In this document: positions 59,150-64,000 of the stretch, piece by piece
Numbering within the stretch: the stretch's first letter is position 1
Layout of the letters: the number at the start of each line of letters is the position of its first letter
Origin: Marsupella aquatica
Taxonomy: Eukaryota > Plantae > Marchantiophyta
Reading direction: 5' to 3'
Assembly (NCBI GenBank): GCA_973895155.1
Contig: OZ316897.1
Coordinates: 9,385,832 to 9,449,831, forward strand
Length of the DNA: 64,000 bases
Made by a program: the position numbers and the translations under genes
The notes under the pieces: model-generated
What the model saw: the letters and a program-made list of their open reading frames with translations, nothing else
Databases searched by the model: none
What the model was told of the DNA's origin: nothing

Positions 59150-59860
59150 TAAGGCGCCCAAATGGACAAAAACTACGGAATTTGAACACAGAAAACCCTT
59201 TTTCATGTATACGATCTGGACGATGTATTCAGATTTCACACTTGGAAAAAAAATGTCCCTCCGACTTTACGAACACGCCCTCCGCCGAAGCCTGCCCAAA
59301 TGGACAAAACCTATGGAGTCTCAACATAGAGATACATATTTCATGTACACACTTTGGACATTGTATTCAGATTTCACACTTGGAAGCAAAAAATTGTCCC
59401 TCCGACTTTACGAACACGCCCTCCGCCGATGCCTGCCCAAATGGACAAAACCTATGGAGTCTCAATATAGAAATACATGTATACACTTTGGACATTGTAT
59501 TCATATTTCACACTTGGAAATAAAAATTGTCCCTCCGACTTTCCGAACATGGCCTCCGCCGAAGCCTGCCCAAATGGACAAAACCTATGGAGTCTCAACA
59601 TAGAAATACATTTTTCATGTATACACTTTGGACATTGTATTCAGATTTCACACTTGGAAAAAAAATTGTCCCTAGCCCTCCGACTTTACGAACACGGCCT
59701 CCGCCGAAGCCTGCCCAAATGGACAAAACCTATGGAGTTTCAACATAGAAATACCTTTTTCATGTATACACTTTTCACATTGTATTCATAATTCACAGTT
59801 ACAAAAAAATTCATTCACTTAAACTTTACAAAGACAGTCGGGCCTAAATGGAAAAAAGCA
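59150..59860. repeat. Tandem repeat, ~140-bp unit x5
   Basis: AATGGACAAAA recurs at 59161, 59299, 59440, 59573 and 59718; units contain CTCCGCCGAAGCCTGCCC. Confidence 0.93.
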
Positions 59861-60084
59861 TGTCATATTCAACACTTTAATAATCATACAGCACATGCAC
59901 CATGGAAGGCGTACTCAGACCTAACAAATGCAAATAAAAGGCTTCACTCCTCATTGGATGGAATACAACATCCACTTTGTAACAATTTGAACTCATTCAA
60001 GGTAGTGTTTAGGTCCATGCACAAATGTGCCCTACTACCATCTAACTTCCCAATATAGTGAATAGTAGACTGTGATGTATATGT

Positions 60085-63000
60085 CTATTCTGTGATATCT
60101 ACTTCATGAGGTAGCCCAAAATAAGGGCAATTATCAGCAGCTTCTTCAGCAAGTTCAGTGATGCGCCGCGCCCACTCATAATCCGAGTTTTGAATGCATG
60201 GATTGGAAGGCATAGTACCACTGCCTATTGTTGGTGCTCCAACGGTGACAAGCCACTCACTTTCTCCAGCATTGTTCACATTGTCATGCTCTTCCCCTTC
60301 CACCTGCGCATTACAATAACACTAGAATAAGTAAACAAATTCTTATGAAACTAGGACTTTTATATGGACCATCTCTGTCGTGCAACATTATAACATTTGG
60401 TACCTGCTCATCATCTTCAGTTGCTTGGGCAACTGAAACTTCTTTGCAAGATCGTTTGTTGTGGCCAACCTTTCCACACCTGTTGCACGTACACTTTACA
60501 TTACCCCGCTTCCTTTTCTTAGGTAGGATCTCAACCATTGGGAGGCCACTCGCAGAGTTTGCACCTGGAAACGGAATGCCTCTCTCATTGTCATCATCCA
60601 TTGGATATCTGAGACACAGCCTTCCTGTTGGATCAAGATGGAGGTCCTCCCCATTCCCTAAAGCCCTGGAATGAGTTTCCCCATGAATTCTTACCATTCG
60701 ATGTCGCCCATTCACTATAGCAGGCTCTGGAGCATGACAACTTAAGCTCAATGGAAGGTGAGTGGAAACAAAGCTAGGTAATACACCATCATAAAGTAAA
60801 ACCAAAGACTGTGTCCGCCAGCATTTATGAAAATGCCTAGCCGGATTCTTTCTTGTTTCATCATCCCATGCCAGCATATGTTGGCATGGCCAAACCATCT
60901 CCTGCAGCTCCATGCAAGTGCACTTTGGTTTTGGTGACAAAGTGACAAGATACTCCTCACTCCCTGTTGTAGTCTGAATTTTGGCACTGGATTGACCATC
61001 ACTGAATACCTGTAGCATGACAGTATGAAATATGAAGCGTGAGACAATCCATCCTCCACATGTGGTGAAAATGTTTGTTACAAAAGGAAAAGAAAGAGCC
61101 AATTTGCACCTGGAATTGTTGGAAGTTCTGCAAGTTGGTATTGTATCGTAGTTGTGCTGGTTTTGACAGTGGTTCTTGTCTGCATGCAACCTCTATTCTC
61201 CTGTCTTTAAACTTTTGTTGAATGTACACCCAAAGAGCCACCAACAACTTTCCAGGTGCTATCAGACGGAATGGTAATAATCCAGAATTTGCTTGCTCGG
61301 CTGGATTACTTGTGACTTTACCCATGCGAGGGAGTGGGAATGCATGCCTGGCATAACATTTCACATCCAAACCGCGGATGTAATGTGCTGCATCAACTCC
61401 CTTGCCGGCTATCAATGAACCAGATAGTCGATCTAGCACAGACTCATATCTGAATTGAAAGAGACAGAATACATGAGTGACAATGTTTACAGAGACAGAA
61501 TACATCAAGCACAATGTCAAAATATATAGAATACATCAAGCACAATGTCTGAATAGGCAAATTGCTTTCATATTGGTCCTAGTGAGTGTATTTACTTACT
61601 GGTGCATATCATTGGCATAGACACATCCGTAGAAGAATTCACTTGCTGTTCTACCATGCCTGGTCTTCACGTTTGCCCTCAAATGATTTGCGCACTGTGC
61701 ATGGATCTTTCCTACTGTCCAAAAATAATAAATTAGATTTTGTACTCCAGTTAGCACAGTATCATCATAACTCTCAAATTTGACAGAATTAAGCAATCTA
61801 AGTGTGGAAGGGTGTTACCTGGCCAAATCTGACTTACAGCAGCAGTGAGACCCTTTTGACGATCTGACATGATGACAATGTCTTGACTACCAATGCCATA
61901 TACAGCTCTGTCCATTAATTCTAGAAACCAAAGCCAGTTCTCTGTGTTTTCAACTGGTGCTACTCCATAGCAAGTATGACACCGTTTGAGTTCCCATCCA
62001 GGCATGTAGCTAAAAATAGTTGAGTTGGATATTTTCTATTCTTGGTGTGACAAGCATCTAAACTAACCATCGGCTGAGTATAGTTAAGTGCTTTCCTGGT
62101 GGCAAATGGACATATGAATGCTCTGCAAAAAATGGTGGAGTCCTCCATAGTGCACCAATGTGCAACACAGCCAGGGTCTGTCTCCCGAATCCTATCAATC
62201 AATGCTGGGATCATCTGAAAAGATGATTTCTGTGAGCCAGCGGTCCAATGCCCTACAAGATCTTTGCCCCGCCACATTTGCTGGTAGTTACTTCCTCGCT
62301 TGTAGTCACCTTGGAAACCAGACAGCAATTCCTTCACAGGCATTTTCAGATTTCTGATGATTCTTGGAGCCAATGTTACCCCCAACCATGCAGACTTGTG
62401 AGTAGGAGCTCTCCACTTGTGAATGTGAGCAGCACAAGTATGTGTTAGTTCACATACAGTGATAATATGACCCCCACCCTTCACTCTACTGCAACGTACT
62501 CTGAAAGAACATTCATCCTGTGAGTAAAGCAAGTCTTCTGGTCCTGGTTGAGAGGGCTTAGATCTGGACAACTGTCCACAAGCTCCAGTTGTAGATGGCT
62601 TCCTAGTTTTCTGTTGACTAGGTTTACGTGGGTGTTGCGAACCAGGTAACCAAACACTAGTGTGTTGGACTATGGACTTTGGTCTATTGTGCACAACTCT
62701 TCCTTGTGTAGACAAAACAGTATTTATGTGCACAGTTTGTTGTACAGATATAGGTGCATTTTGGTGCACGGATTGTTGTGTAGACAATGACACATTTGTC
62801 TGTATGGTGTTCGCTTGAATGGCTGAAAGCGGTGCACGAGGTTGCTGACGAGCAAGAGTGATCTGATTAATGGCATTATGAAATTGACGATCGTCAATCT
62901 GCAAAACCCCATGATTGTACACACCAAGAATTTCAGCAAGTGATTGTAGGATGTCCCAAAATAAAAAAAGGTGTGGCATTGGTGGCAGTGGCAGCGGCAG

Positions 63001-63442
63001 CACACACCTCTGCTTGACTGCGATATCGATTCTCTTGTTGTGTAGTTTGCTGCAATGTCTGAGACCTTGGTCCTTTCGATCGTCTTCCACTCCAATGGCC
63101 ATATCTGCTATGAAACTCATGCTCACCTTCTGACTCTTCATCCTCTTCCTCAAATTGAAGCTGCCACTGGTTTGGTTCCTCCGTAGCATGTGAACGAATG
63201 CTGTCATTGTCACCTTGGTCATCACAAGCTGCCTCATCATCGACTACCTATTTCGATCTAGCAATCTTTCCAAACCTGCATACACAAATACATCGATTTG
63301 CAAACGTCTTGTATCTGGACATGGCTCGACCATTCATCACAGCCAGAGAATCTAGGCACCGATCAAACTCTTCAAAGCTATTGAAGTGCTCTCCCAACTT
63401 GATTCGAGCAGCCTCTGCTGCCACTGTAACAGAGGAAGACAT
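60085..63442 (-). pseudogene. Mutator-like (MULE/MuDRA-type) transposase, spliced, with a stop and a frameshift
   Basis: MuDR DBD (LGEHFNSFEEF..CSFRV..HTC), catalytic SLDACH, DGN, SDRQKGL, TSNPAEQAN, SWIM CTC..PCQH, knuckle CNRCGKVGHNKRSC. TAG at 63248 and a frameshift at ~61965. Confidence 0.92.
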
Positions 63443-64000
63443 GTCATCACGTTAATATGTATACAATGACATCAATGTTCATGTGCGGAAGCTACATGCA
63501 TGCCTGGATGGGAACTCAAACGGTGTCATACTTTCAAATCACATTGGACTGACACACATTGTATGAAAATAAGAAACGTCCAGACAATCTGATGGCACCT
63601 TCTTCAGCAGTTTTGCCATCCAATATCCTTGGGGGGTTCTCAACATTCTTTCGAGCCCTCTGACGTTCTTGTGTGTCTTGCGTTCGTGCCCTCTCATGAT
63701 AGGGGACATTGACTTCCCAAACATCACCTCTGGTCCACAAATGCATTGAGTCATTGTCCTCCATGCCTGACACTGTCCCTCTAAGCGTACTGTACACATT
63801 AGGGGAGTGGAAACACTCACGACCCTGCCGTGCGAGCTCACGCACAAAGCATGTGCACAAAAAAAGTGTCGTGTGAAATGACAGGAACGTGCAAAAGTTC
63901 TGTAACATGTCAGTGATTTGGCGGGTCATCCTCTGAAAACATTATCCACCCTGTATTCTATTCAAGATATAAGCATGTTTAGCTTTTCCGCGCCTAAGCC

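Noticed and set aside
59182-59791. ORFs with repeated Cys/His peptides
   Set aside because: Products of the 140-bp tandem repeat, with frame changes between units.

Overview
Land-plant nuclear DNA, probably a non-seed plant; the lineage is inferred from protein style and not shown by the sequence. The first ~36 kb is a nested retrotransposon cluster. It holds three degenerate minus-strand Bianca-like Ty1/copia elements whose PBS matches the tRNA-Ile anticodon arm, an old Ty3/gypsy pol relic, and a young Tork/Tnt1-like copia with three LTRs (7963-14425, TSD TACAA). It also holds a young full-length Athila-like Ty3/gypsy (20003-33614, TSD ATTGC), two MITEs and a LINE RT relic. From 36-52 kb the region is genic: a tandemly duplicated aldo-keto reductase (copy 1 pseudogene, copy 2 intact with a solo LTR upstream) and an intronless TMEM53/DUF829 gene. 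From 53.8-64 kb is a Mutator-like locus: a disrupted transposase convergent with two candidate accessory genes (an RPA70-C-like OB fold and a zinc-finger/low-complexity protein), separated by ~140-bp tandem repeats. The strongest candidates for new biology are three. First, the gypsy element has a second stand-alone retropepsin ORF upstream of gag, plus a 3' extra-ORF cassette bracketed by duplicated PPTs and preceded by the same hairpin motif array as the LTR U3. Second, the MULE has an accessory-gene/tandem-repeat module. Third, the half-tRNA-Ile PBSs appear to record A34-to-I editing. All comparisons were made by eye; no searches were run.
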